Numbered from the stretch's first letter, positions 1-9,008 are shown. The stretch: 64,000 nucleotides of DNA from an uncultured Clostridia bacterium (GCA_944384585.1 CALWTY010000003.1:16499-80498); one strand, 5' to 3'. The notes: generated by a model not told the origin, from the letters alone. Numbers and translations: made by a program.

Positions 1-494
1 TCGAGGAGAAGGACAGCCTCGCTGAACCCGCGTTCCGGAGCCGGTGTCTGTCGGGAGAGATCGGCACACCGGTCATCGCCGTGGAATCGGGTCGTGTCGA
101 GACGATCGGATGGAATCAGTACGGCGGATGGAGGATCGCAATCAGGAGCTTTGACAACAAACGCTGCTATTATTATGCGCATTTGCGGAAGGATCACCCT
201 TTCCCCGCGCTCAAGGAAGGGGATGTCGTCACCGCGGGAGACGTCATCGGCTATCTCGGCATGACAGGCATGAGCGTGCGCGAAAACGTTGACAACCTGG
301 ATTTCCCGCAGCTTCGCTTCGGAATCACCCTCAGCTTCAACGCCTATCAGCGGGAGGGGAGCGAACAGCTTCCGATCGATCCCCTTGAGGTCCTCAGGTT
401 TCTTTCACAGAACCGCATGACGGTCGTCATGGATCCCGTCGCCGGGGAATACCGCCCCGCCGCGGGGATCGGGCTTTCCTTCCTTCCGGTGTAA
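1..494 (+). CDS. M23 family metallopeptidase, C-terminal part (5' end lies outside the window)
   Basis: Frame 3 is open from base 3. Translation ..GTPVIAVESGRVETIGWNQYGGWRIAIRS..YYYAHL..GDVIGYLGMTG has the LytM/M23 core layout. Stop TAA at 492-494. Confidence 0.75.
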   Translation, partial: EEKDSLAEPAFRSRCLSGEIGTPVIAVESGRVETIGWNQYGGWRIAIRSFDNKRCYYYAHLRKDHPFPALKEGDVVTAGDVIGYLGMTGMSVRENVDNLDFPQLRFGITLSFNAYQREGSEQLPIDPLEVLRFLSQNRMTVVMDPVAGEYRPAAGIGLSFLPV

Positions 495-599
495 TCTTCA
501 CCGAATATTCATAATTTGTTGTCGCAATATTAACGATATTTGCGGTAAGATAAGAAGAAGATTCTAACCGAAAGGACGTCCGCTGACGGACAAAACGCT

Positions 600-1565
600 A
601 TGAGAGAATACATCGGAAACAATTCGCAGCTCTTCGACGTTCGGCAATACACCCTGACCGACGGCAGAGCCAACGGAACCCGCGCCATCAGCATCTGGAA
701 CGGGGGAGGACTCAGCTTCACGCTGCTCCCCGACCGGTGTCTTGACATCGCGGAAGTGCGCTATAACGGCAACAATATGTCCTATATTACGCCGAGCGGG
801 ATCGTCAACCCCGCCTATTTCGATCCGCACGGGACAAGCTGGCTTCGCTCCTTCGGCGGAGGCTTCCTGACCACCTGCGGTCTTCAGAATATCGGGACGG
901 CGGACGGAACGGAGGATCTGACGATGCACGGCAGGATCGCCAATATCCCGAGCGAAAACCTCTCAGTAGACCTTGCGCCCGACGGGCTCTCGGTAACCGT
1001 CAGAGGAACGGTCAGGGAGGCGGTGCTGTTCGGCTGCAAGCTGTCGCTTCGCCGCGAATACCGCTGTGCCTACGGGGAAGATAAGATCAGCTTTACCGAC
1101 GTGATCACAAATGAGGGCTTCGAGCGTGTGCCGGTGTCGGCGCTTTATCATATGAATATCGGCTATCCCCTGCTCTCCGAGAAGGCGAAGCTCGTCATTC
1201 CCTCCGCGGAGATCACGGCGCGGGACGATCATGCCGCGGAGCATCTCGGAGAGTGGAGCAAGCTGCTTGCACCGCAGCACGGCTTCCGCGAGATGTGCTA
1301 TTATCATCGTCTGGAGGAAAACAGCTACGGAATCGACAATCCCTCGATCGGCACGAGTATGCGGATCTCCTTCGAGAGCGACGGAATGCTCGATCGGCTG
1401 GTGCAGTGGAGGATGCTGGGAGAGGGAGAATACGTCATGGGTCTGGAAGCTGCCTCCTGCACGCTGGAGGGGCGTGCAGACGCGGTGAAGAACGGATCAC
1501 AGAAATATCTTGATCCCGAGCAGAGCTTCACCAACCGCTTCTGCATCTCTTTCCGGACGCTCTGA
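600..1565 (+). CDS. DUF4432 / aldose-epimerase-like family protein
   Basis: 321-aa ORF. Segment CLDIAEVRYNGNNMSY..WLRSFGGGFLTTCGLQNIG..LTMHGRIANIPSE is typical of DUF4432. Confidence 0.75.
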   Translation: MREYIGNNSQLFDVRQYTLTDGRANGTRAISIWNGGGLSFTLLPDRCLDIAEVRYNGNNMSYITPSGIVNPAYFDPHGTSWLRSFGGGFLTTCGLQNIGTADGTEDLTMHGRIANIPSENLSVDLAPDGLSVTVRGTVREAVLFGCKLSLRREYRCAYGEDKISFTDVITNEGFERVPVSALYHMNIGYPLLSEKAKLVIPSAEITARDDHAAEHLGEWSKLLAPQHGFREMCYYHRLEENSYGIDNPSIGTSMRISFESDGMLDRLVQWRMLGEGEYVMGLEAASCTLEGRADAVKNGSQKYLDPEQSFTNRFCISFRTL

Positions 1566-1569
1566 CTGC

Positions 1570-2001
1570 ATGAAGACGGCTCTGCGACTCTTCCGGAGCG
1601 TCCTGCTCCCCGCCTGTCTCTTCTTCACGGTGCTTTGCTTTGTCTTCTCTGCCATCCTCAGTCACTCCGACACCGAAATGACCCTCCCCACCATCAACCT
1701 GTCAAACCTGTTCCAGATCTTCCTTTTTTCCCTTGTTCTGTCTGCCTCCAACCTTCTGTTTTCCTGCAGGAGGCTCTCCTACCCCCTTGCCCTCACCCTT
1801 CATTTCGTCTGCTTCCTTGCCGACATTTCGATCGTCTTCTTCCTGATCGGTGGGCATTTCAACTCGGAGAGAGGGGCGTTTACCATCCTCTTTGTTTTCG
1901 CGATCCTCTACCTTGTGATTGCCGCCGTCGCCTCGACGGTGAGGCACTTCCTTCGGACGGATCGGAACAACAAGGAAGCCTACAAACGACAATTCAACTG
2001 A
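1570..2001 (+). CDS. Hypothetical 4-TM membrane protein
   Basis: The ATG at 1570 lies 4 nt after the upstream stop. The protein has hydrophobic helices (LLPACLFFTVLCFVFSAIL etc.) and is followed by a strong terminator. Confidence 0.6.
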   Translation: MKTALRLFRSVLLPACLFFTVLCFVFSAILSHSDTEMTLPTINLSNLFQIFLFSLVLSASNLLFSCRRLSYPLALTLHFVCFLADISIVFFLIGGHFNSERGAFTILFVFAILYLVIAAVASTVRHFLRTDRNNKEAYKRQFN

Positions 2002-2003
2002 CG

Positions 2004-2034
2004 CGCAGCCTCCGCAGGGAGGCTGCGTTTTTTT
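2004..2034 (+). terminator. Rho-independent terminator
   Basis: Perfect 10-bp stem cgcagcctcc/ggaggctgcg (2004-2013 / 2018-2027), a 4-nt loop, then T7 (2028-2034). Confidence 0.85.
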
Positions 2035-2364
2035 CGGCGGATCGGCGGGGCATCGCCCGATTTGGCGTTCCGTCAAAGCGCACGGCAGGATATCCGGAAT
2101 CCAGGCTGCATCCTGCGGCGGGCAGATCGGCGTGCCCCCGGAAAACAAAGCGAAGGGCATGCGCTGCCGCGTCTGCCCTTCGTTTTGCTGTTATACGGCC
2201 CCCTTCACCGGGAGCGGTTTTCCCGGCGGAAGATCTTTCCCGCGGGTTTTGCGGAACGATTGATCATCTCCGCGCTGCAAAATGGTAAGACCGTCGACCG
2301 CACCGGCGCAGTCAAGTCGCGCGGGCTTGTATTCGCCCCGGGGGATGATCTTCTTTCGGCCGCC

Positions 2365-3304
2365 TTACTCCTCGCCGTCGTTTTCGGAAGGAAGAAGCCG
2401 GTCGCTGTTGATAACGGGCAGCACCGTCTCACCGCCGACGATCGACGGCAGCTTGCCGTCCCATCTCTGGGTGTAGTAGTACTCAATCAGTTCCTTCGTC
2501 AGCGTCTCGCTGAGCTTCTTGTTCATCTCGGCTTCCTTTTCGCCGGCGTATTTGGCGGCATCGGCCTGGATCTTGGCCACGGCGGCATCGGCATCGGCCT
2601 GGATCTGCTGCTTCTTCGCCTGCGCCTCCGCCTCCAGCAGCATCTGCGCCTGCTCGATCTCTGCCTTGAGCTTCATCTGCTCCGCCACCTGCTTTTCCTC
2701 GACAGCCTGTGTGAAAGCGTCGGAGAAGTCCATATCCTCAATCGCGGTGTTGATCACGATGATGTTATAGGCACTCAATCTCCTTCTCCAGCTTTTCGGT
2801 GATCTTGTCGGAAAGCTCCTCGCGGGAGGCGATGAGGCTTTCGGCATTGTAGCCGGCAATAACCGATTTGACACATTCCATCACCATCGGCTGCATTACC
2901 GTCTCATAGTACGAGACGCCGATGGTCTTGTAGATGGTCTGGGCATTGGATTTTTCAATCTGATAGTTGATGGTATAGACGATTGTGACCTCCTGGATAT
3001 CGCTGGTGTAGCAAATCATCTGAAGCGACGCCTTTTGCGCACGATTGTCCATGGAAACGACCTTCATAAAGGGATTTTTGGTGTGCAGACCCGCCTCCAG
3101 CGTCCCGTCCTGTACGTCGCCGAAGAGCGTCATGATGCCGGTATGCCCGGTCGGGACCGTCGCAAAGAGCGAAGGCAGGATCAGAAGCAGGGCAGAGAGC
3201 GCAAGAAGCTGCTTCCGGTTGATTGCCCATTGCCCTTTTTTCTTAAAACCGAGCGCGAGGAACAGCACAACACCGACGACGACCGAAACGATGATCCATT
3301 GCAT
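2365..3304 (-). pseudogene. SPFH/band-7 (prohibitin-like) membrane protein split by a 1-nt frameshift near 2765-2775
   Basis: ORF 2765-3304 carries the N-terminal TM helix and SPFH core and ends ..EKLEKEIECL*. ORF 2365-2874 continues in another frame with SAYNIIVINTAIEDMDFSDAFTQAVEEKQVAEQ plus a coiled coil, which is the normal continuation of one prohibitin-type protein. Confidence 0.7.
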
Positions 3305-3399
3305 AACGATTCATTCCTTTCAAAATATATTGCCCGGAAACAGCCCGATGATATCCCCGGGCTCTCCGCCGCGATTCGTTGTCTGATCACGGTAATTAG

Positions 3400-3428
3400 A
3401 TTATATCACACAATCTTATGATTGTCAA
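3400..3428 (-). promoter_or_regulatory. Sigma-A type promoter for the SPFH gene
   Basis: Minus strand reads TTGACA (3428-3423), a 17-nt spacer, then TATAAT (3405-3400). Confidence 0.7.
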
Positions 3429-3518
3429 TAGCAATCGTGATTTTTTCGAAGAATTTACCGGGCGCTTCCCTTGAAATCCCGCCGTGTCCGGGGCGGAAGA
3501 ACAAGACAAATGAGCCGC

Positions 3519-4391
3519 TCACAGCTCCTCCGCCCCGTGCGGCTTGTACCCTTCCCCGTAGACCTCCGAGGCAGAGGAAACGATCATGAAGGCGGTAGGA
3601 TCGTGCGCCGTTACGATATCCTTTACGCGGGGATAATGATGCTTCTTCACGGCGCAGAGAAGGATCTTCTTTTCATGGCTCGTATAGCCGCCGAAGCCGT
3701 TGGCATAGGTCACTCCGACGTCGATTTTCCGCAGCAGCACCTCCGCGATCTGTTCCGGGACGTTGCTGATGATCACTAAGAATTTCGCCTGATCCGTCCC
3801 GTACAGCACCCGGTCAAGCACCGTGGTGGTGACAAACAGCGCCACCCCTGCGTAGAGCGCGCTTGCGATCTCGCGGGAGGCGATGGCGGAGGCGGCGATG
3901 ATCACCGAGTCAACGGCGAGGAAGATCTTCCCGGTCGGCACGTCCCGCCGTTTTTTACGGATGAGCTTGGCGATAATATCCGTGCCTCCCGTCGAGCCGC
4001 CGCAGCGGAACACCAGCCCCATTCCGAACGCCGACAGAAAGCCTCCCGCCACGGCACAGAGCATGGGATCGACGCTGAAGGGCTCCATCTCCGCGTAGAA
4101 ATGTGCGATCAGATCGATGGAAACGGAGGATACCACCGTCGCATAAAGAGATTTGACAACGAACTCTCCGCCGATTGCGAAGAATCCCGCCGCAAGAAGC
4201 GGAATGTTGATCAGCAGGATCGTCGTACCGGTCGGGAAATCCGTCAGACTGTTGACAATGATCGCAATCCCGCTCGCGCCGCCCGGCGCAAGAGCGGCAG
4301 GCTCAAAGAACAGCGCAATCCCCGCCGCAAATATCAGACACCCGATCGTCATGACGATCCAGTCCGCCGCCGCTTTCCGATGATTTTTCAT
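3519..4391 (-). CDS. YitT family membrane protein (DUF2179 C-terminal domain)
   Basis: Starts MKNHRKAAADWIVMTIGCLIFAAGIALFFEPAALAPGGASGIAIIV, with the RBS GGAGGAG upstream of the ATG at 4391. The longer ORF running to 4505 has no RBS. Confidence 0.8.
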   Translation of the reverse strand: MKNHRKAAADWIVMTIGCLIFAAGIALFFEPAALAPGGASGIAIIVNSLTDFPTGTTILLINIPLLAAGFFAIGGEFVVKSLYATVVSSVSIDLIAHFYAEMEPFSVDPMLCAVAGGFLSAFGMGLVFRCGGSTGGTDIIAKLIRKKRRDVPTGKIFLAVDSVIIAASAIASREIASALYAGVALFVTTTVLDRVLYGTDQAKFLVIISNVPEQIAEVLLRKIDVGVTYANGFGGYTSHEKKILLCAVKKHHYPRVKDIVTAHDPTAFMIVSSASEVYGEGYKPHGAEEL

Positions 4392-4524
4392 AGATTCTCC
4401 TCCTCGTTTTTCCGTATCGGCCGCCCCCCCTTGTGCGGGCGTCCGTACTGATGATTCACCCGCCGTCCCGAAATGGCGCGGGGACGCTTCTACCATACTG
4501 TACAACGATCCGAACCGAACAAAA

Positions 4525-4568
4525 GCACAATATATGGTATGTTTCTATTGACACAAACGACATTTTGT
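4525..4568. promoter_or_regulatory. Candidate tandem NrdR boxes upstream of nrdG
   Basis: gCACAATATATgGTat (4525-4540) matches 12/16 positions of the NrdR palindrome acaCwAtATaTwGtgt. A weaker second box, ACAAACGACATTTTGT (4553-4568), overlaps the promoter. Confidence 0.45.
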
Positions 4569-4576
4569 AGTATGCT
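4548..4576 (+). promoter_or_regulatory. Sigma-A type promoter for nrdG
   Basis: TTGACA (4548-4553), a 17-nt spacer, then TATGCT (4571-4576). Confidence 0.55.
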
Positions 4577-4743
4577 TATTAGGGCTTTGTCGGCTCGGCA
4601 TCAGTAAGCATACGCCGAGCGGATCCACCCTATACGAAACGGCGTGCGGCACGATTTGCCGCTCCCCTTTTATTGTACAACAAAAAACTGAGAAAAACAA
4701 GCCGTTTTTCTCTGTCCGATTACTGCGAAAGGATTTTCCGATC

Positions 4744-5436
4744 ATGATCATACACGGATTTCAGAAGCTGACCCTGCTCGATTATCCCGGCAAGACCGCC
4801 TGTACCGTTTTCACCGGCGGATGCAATTTCCGCTGTCCCTTCTGCCACAATGCCGAGCTGGTCCTCCGCCCGGGAAGCTATCCGACCGTCCCGGAGGAGG
4901 AGATCTTCGAGCTGCTCCGCCTTCGGAAAAACACAATCGACGGCGTCTGCATCACCGGCGGAGAGCCGATGCTCATGAAGGATCTGCCGGAATTTGCCGA
5001 AAAGCTGAAGTCGCTCGGCGTTTCCGTCAAGATCGATACCAACGGCAGCTTCCCGCGCCAGCTTAAATATATTGTCAACAACGGCCTGGCCGATTATATT
5101 GCAATGGATATCAAAAACACCTTCTCCCGGTACGGCGAGACGGTCGGAAAACCGGATCTTGATCTTGCCCCGATCAAAGAGAGCATCGGGTTTCTCATGA
5201 CCGCGCCCGTCGACCACGAATTCCGCACCACCGTCTGCCGGAATTTCCATACCGAAGCGGAGCTGACCGAGATCGCCCGATTCCTCGGCGCGGGGGAAAA
5301 GTACTATCTGCAGAGCTTCAAGGATTCCGGCGCGCTGCTGTCGGACGGGATCGTCGGCTATTCCCCGTCCGAGATGCAAGAGTTGCTTTCGGCGGTCAGA
5401 GCGATCAACCCAAACGTCGGCCTGCGCGGCGTTTAA
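4744..5436 (+). CDS. nrdG: Anaerobic ribonucleoside-triphosphate reductase activating protein (radical SAM)
   Basis: MIIHGFQKLTLLDYPGKTACTVFTGGCNFRCPFCHN contains the CxxxCxxC radical-SAM cluster of NrdG. The protein is 230 aa. Confidence 0.92.
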   Translation: MIIHGFQKLTLLDYPGKTACTVFTGGCNFRCPFCHNAELVLRPGSYPTVPEEEIFELLRLRKNTIDGVCITGGEPMLMKDLPEFAEKLKSLGVSVKIDTNGSFPRQLKYIVNNGLADYIAMDIKNTFSRYGETVGKPDLDLAPIKESIGFLMTAPVDHEFRTTVCRNFHTEAELTEIARFLGAGEKYYLQSFKDSGALLSDGIVGYSPSEMQELLSAVRAINPNVGLRGV

Positions 5437-5458
5437 ATGAAATTGCACAATTCATCAC

Positions 5459-5505
5459 CCACAAAATGTTGCAATATCACTATTGACATACACAAGATAT
5501 TGTGG
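5459..5505. promoter_or_regulatory. Candidate tandem NrdR boxes upstream of nrdD
   Basis: ACACAAGATATTGTGG (5490-5505) matches 14/16 consensus positions and fills the promoter spacer. A weaker box, ccACAAAATGTTGcaa (5459-5474), lies 31 bp centre-to-centre upstream. Confidence 0.6.
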
Positions 5506-5511
5506 TATCAT
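5483..5511 (+). promoter_or_regulatory. Sigma-A type promoter for nrdD
   Basis: TTGACA (5483-5488), a 17-nt spacer, then TATCAT (5506-5511). Confidence 0.65.
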
Positions 5512-5548
5512 GGTATCTGCCACTAACACAAGAAGGAGAGACAGAAAG

Positions 5549-7939
5549 ATGTACAACGTAAAAAAACGTACCGGAAAAATCGTAAAATTCGAGATTTCTA
5601 AAATTTCCCAGGCAATCAAGCTTGCCTTTGACGCTCAGGAAAAGCAATATAACCAGGAGATCATCGACTTCCTCGCCCTCAAGGTGACCGCCAACTTCGA
5701 GCCGAAGATCAAGGACGGTCTGATCGCGGTGGAGGACATTCAGGACAGTGTCGAGAACGTTCTGGTTCAGGCGGGCTATTCCGATGTCGCAAAGGCGTAC
5801 ATCCTTTACAGACGCCAGCACGAAAAGATCCGCAACATGAAAAACACGATCCTCGACTACAAGGATATCGTCAACGACTATCTCGGCAACAACGACTGGC
5901 GCGTCAAGGAAAATGCCACCGTGACCTATTCGGTCGGCGGACTGATCCTCTCCAACAGCGGCGCCATCACCGCCAACTACTGGCTGTCGGAGGTCTACGA
6001 CGACGAGATCGCAAACGCTCACCGCAACGCGGATCTTCACATCCACGACCTTTCGATGCTCACCGGCTACTGCGCCGGCTGGTCGCTCAAGCAGCTGATC
6101 AAGGAGGGACTCGGCGGCGTTCCCGGCAAGATCACCTCCGCTCCCGCAAGCCATCTCGCCACCCTCTGCAACCAGATGGTCAACTTCCTCGGCATCATGC
6201 AGAACGAGTGGGCGGGCGCCCAGGCCTTCTCCTCCTTTGACACCTATCTTGCGCCCTTTGTCAGAGCCGACAACCTCACCTTCGATCAGGTGAAGAAGTG
6301 CATCGAGTCCTTCATCTTCGGCGTCAACACGCCTTCCCGCTGGGGCACGCAGGCTCCCTTCTCCAACATCACCCTCGACTGGGTGGTTCCTGCCGACCTT
6401 GCGGAGCAGAACGTCATCGTCGGCGGCAAGGAGCTTGACTTCAAGTACAAGGACTGCAAGCCCGAGATGGATATGATCAACAAGGCCTTCATTGAGATCA
6501 TGATCGAGGGAGACGCAAACGGCCGCGGCTTCCAGTATCCGATTCCCACCTACTCCATCACCCGCGACTTCGACTGGTCGGATACCGAAAACAACCGCCT
6601 TCTCTTCGAGATGACCTCCAAGTACGGCACGCCGTATTTCTCCAACTACGTCAACAGCGACATGGAGCCCTCCGATGTCCGTTCGATGTGCTGCCGTCTC
6701 CGCCTCGATCTGCGTGAGCTGAGAAAGAAATCGGGCGGCTTCTTCGGAAGCGGGGAAAGCACCGGCTCCATCGGCGTCGTCACCATCAACCTCCCCCGCA
6801 TCGCCTATCTCTCGGCCGACGAGGGCGAGTTCTTCAGCCGTCTCAACCGTATGATGGACATCGCCGCGCGCTCCCTGAAGGTCAAGCGCACCGTCATCAC
6901 CAGACTTCTCAACGAGGGACTTTATCCCTACACCAAGCGCTATCTCGGCACCTTTACCAATCACTTCTCCACCATCGGTCTTGTCGGCATGAACGAGGTC
7001 GGCCTCAACGCGAAATGGCTCGGCCACGATCTGACCCACAAGGACACGCAGGAGTTCGCCAAGAAGGTTCTCAACCACATGAGAGAGCGCCTCTCCGACT
7101 ATCAGGAGCAGTACGGCGACCTCTACAATCTGGAGGCGACCCCCGCGGAATCCACCGCCTATCGTCTGGCCAAGCACGACGTCAAGCGCTATCCCGCCAT
7201 CAAAACCGCCGCGAAGGAAGGGGACACGCCCTATTACACCAACAGCTCTCATCTTCCGGTCGGCTATACCGACGATATCTTCTCGGCACTCGACATCCAG
7301 GATGAACTGCAGACCCTTTACACCTCCGGTACCGTCTTCCACGCCTTCCTCGGTGAAAAGCTCCCCGATTGGCGCGCCGCCGCGTCGATCGTCCGCAAGA
7401 TTGCCGAAAACTACCGTCTTCCCTACTATACCCTCTCCCCCACCTATTCCGTCTGCCGCAAGCACGGCTACATCGCCGGCGAGCATTTCAGCTGCCCCGA
7501 ATGCGGCGACAACACCGAGGTTTACAGCCGCATAACCGGCTATTACCGCCCCGTGCAGAACTTCAACGACGGAAAGGCGCAGGAATACAAGGACAGAAAA
7601 GAATATGTTCTTGAGACCTCCGTCCTCAGCAAAGGGACTCACATTGCCACCTGCTGCGGCGAGTCGATGGAGGCGGCCTCGCTGGGAGATGCGCCCGATT
7701 ACGAGGATAAATACTATCTCTTCGCAACCAAGACCTGTCCGAATTGCAAGGTAGCCGCCTCGATGCTGGAAAAAGCGGGAGTGCCCTACGAGAAGCTCTA
7801 CGTCGACGAAAACGAGGAGATGGCCAAGAGCCTTGGGCTGAAGCAGGCGCCGACGCTCGTCATTATGAACGGGGACTCCAACATCAAGTTTGCCGGAATT
7901 CCCGCCATCAGAAAGTACCTCGATTCCGCCGCCGGCTGA
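5549..7939 (+). CDS. nrdD: Anaerobic (class III) ribonucleoside-triphosphate reductase with a C-terminal thioredoxin/glutaredoxin-like CxxC domain
   Basis: RBS AAGGAGAG precedes the ATG at 5549. The protein has an ATP-cone-like N-terminus (MYNVKKRTGKIVKFEISKI..), a Zn ribbon CPECG and the glycyl-radical motif SRITGYYRPV. An extra tail reads ..YYLFATKTCPNCKVAASMLEKAGVPYEKLYVDEN... Confidence 0.92.
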   Translation: MYNVKKRTGKIVKFEISKISQAIKLAFDAQEKQYNQEIIDFLALKVTANFEPKIKDGLIAVEDIQDSVENVLVQAGYSDVAKAYILYRRQHEKIRNMKNTILDYKDIVNDYLGNNDWRVKENATVTYSVGGLILSNSGAITANYWLSEVYDDEIANAHRNADLHIHDLSMLTGYCAGWSLKQLIKEGLGGVPGKITSAPASHLATLCNQMVNFLGIMQNEWAGAQAFSSFDTYLAPFVRADNLTFDQVKKCIESFIFGVNTPSRWGTQAPFSNITLDWVVPADLAEQNVIVGGKELDFKYKDCKPEMDMINKAFIEIMIEGDANGRGFQYPIPTYSITRDFDWSDTENNRLLFEMTSKYGTPYFSNYVNSDMEPSDVRSMCCRLRLDLRELRKKSGGFFGSGESTGSIGVVTINLPRIAYLSADEGEFFSRLNRMMDIAARSLKVKRTVITRLLNEGLYPYTKRYLGTFTNHFSTIGLVGMNEVGLNAKWLGHDLTHKDTQEFAKKVLNHMRERLSDYQEQYGDLYNLEATPAESTAYRLAKHDVKRYPAIKTAAKEGDTPYYTNSSHLPVGYTDDIFSALDIQDELQTLYTSGTVFHAFLGEKLPDWRAAASIVRKIAENYRLPYYTLSPTYSVCRKHGYIAGEHFSCPECGDNTEVYSRITGYYRPVQNFNDGKAQEYKDRKEYVLETSVLSKGTHIATCCGESMEAASLGDAPDYEDKYYLFATKTCPNCKVAASMLEKAGVPYEKLYVDENEEMAKSLGLKQAPTLVIMNGDSNIKFAGIPAIRKYLDSAAG

Positions 7940-8037
7940 TCTGCTTTGCCGCCGTCGGATCAGAATGCAAGCTACTGCCGGGATGCCGCACAATCCGCAT
8001 CCCGGCCGCTTGATCTCATCTGAGAAAGGATGTTTCC

Positions 8038-8946
8038 ATGTACGATATCATCATCATCGGCGGAGGGCCGGCCGGTCTGACCGCGGCGCTCTATGCAAGA
8101 CGACAGAATAAAAGCGTTCTTGTCCTTGAGAAAAACTCCTTCGGAGGACAGACGGTCTTCTCTCCCAAGATCGAGAATTATCCCGGCTTCTTTGAGATGA
8201 GCGGGATGGAGTTTTCGGAAAAGCTCGTCGATCAGGTGCTTCGTCAGGGTGCGGAGCTGCAGATCGAGACGGTTCTCTCGATCCGTGAGGGAAGCGACGG
8301 CAAGATTGTTCTCACCGATTGCGGAGAATATGAGGGAAAGGCCGTCATCACGGCGACCGGCGCCAAGCATCGTCTTCTCGGTCTTGAACGGGAGGAGGAG
8401 CTGATCGGCTGCGGGATCTCCTTCTGCGCCGTATGCGACGGCGCGTTCTACAGCGGCAAGGAGGTCGCGGTCATCGGGGGCGGCAACAGCGCGCTTCAGG
8501 AGGCCATTCTCCTTTCGGAAAGCTGCAGCCGTGTCCGCATCATACAGAATCTTTCCTTTCTGACCGGAGAAGAAAAACTGATTTCCGTTCTGAAGGAAAA
8601 ACCCAACGTCGATTTCACCTACAACACCGTCGTCACTTCCCTGCTCGGAGAGGAGGAGCTGACGGGAATCGTCCTCCGCAACACCGAAACGGGAGAGGAA
8701 ACGACCATGCCGCTTGACGGGATGTTCGTTGCCATCGGACTCCTGCCCGACAACGAAGCGGTACAGGGTCTTGTCGCACTGGATGAAGGCGGATATATCG
8801 ATGCGGGAGAAACCACCGTGACCTCCTGCGACGGAATCTTTGCCGCCGGCGACTGTCGGAGGAAGAACGTCCGACAGATCGCAACCGCCATTGCGGACGG
8901 CGCGTCGGCTGCCCTTGCGGCCTGCCGATATCTTGAGAATCGCTGA
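8038..8946 (+). CDS. Thioredoxin-reductase-family flavoprotein (CAVC redox centre; NADPH-binding HRRxxxR motif not conserved)
   Basis: MYDIIIIGGGPAGLTAALYA (FAD GxGxxG), CAVCDG and GGGNSALQEA are present, with FAAGD near the C-terminus. The protein is 302 aa. Confidence 0.88.
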   Translation: MYDIIIIGGGPAGLTAALYARRQNKSVLVLEKNSFGGQTVFSPKIENYPGFFEMSGMEFSEKLVDQVLRQGAELQIETVLSIREGSDGKIVLTDCGEYEGKAVITATGAKHRLLGLEREEELIGCGISFCAVCDGAFYSGKEVAVIGGGNSALQEAILLSESCSRVRIIQNLSFLTGEEKLISVLKEKPNVDFTYNTVVTSLLGEEELTGIVLRNTETGEETTMPLDGMFVAIGLLPDNEAVQGLVALDEGGYIDAGETTVTSCDGIFAAGDCRRKNVRQIATAIADGASAALAACRYLENR

Positions 8947-9008
8947 TCCTCTCTCGCCGCCCGTCCCGTGTCCGTCATGCACGGCCGGTATTGCTTCCGC
9001 ACTGTGAT

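Noticed and set aside
4577-4743. Possible cobalamin (or other) riboswitch in the nrdG leader.
   Set aside because: I could not find a B12 box or any other consensus core, only a simple hairpin. I kept it as a note under the NrdR finding. Confirming or excluding it needs cmscan.
5480-7993. Very long antisense ORFs: 837 aa opposite nrdD. Similar cases are 21761-23674 opposite EF-G, 30428-32290 opposite tal/M23, 51013-52938 opposite ruvABC, 53139-54560 opposite yfhO, 15637-17088 opposite rhaB, 33647-34921 opposite pck, and 37146-38858 and 40285-41874 opposite the ATPase-like gene and clpE.
   Set aside because: Their translations are low-complexity and rich in G/R/A/V/D/L, with no recognisable motifs. 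The opposite strand encodes clearly recognisable conserved proteins. These are typical shadow ORFs of GC-rich coding DNA.
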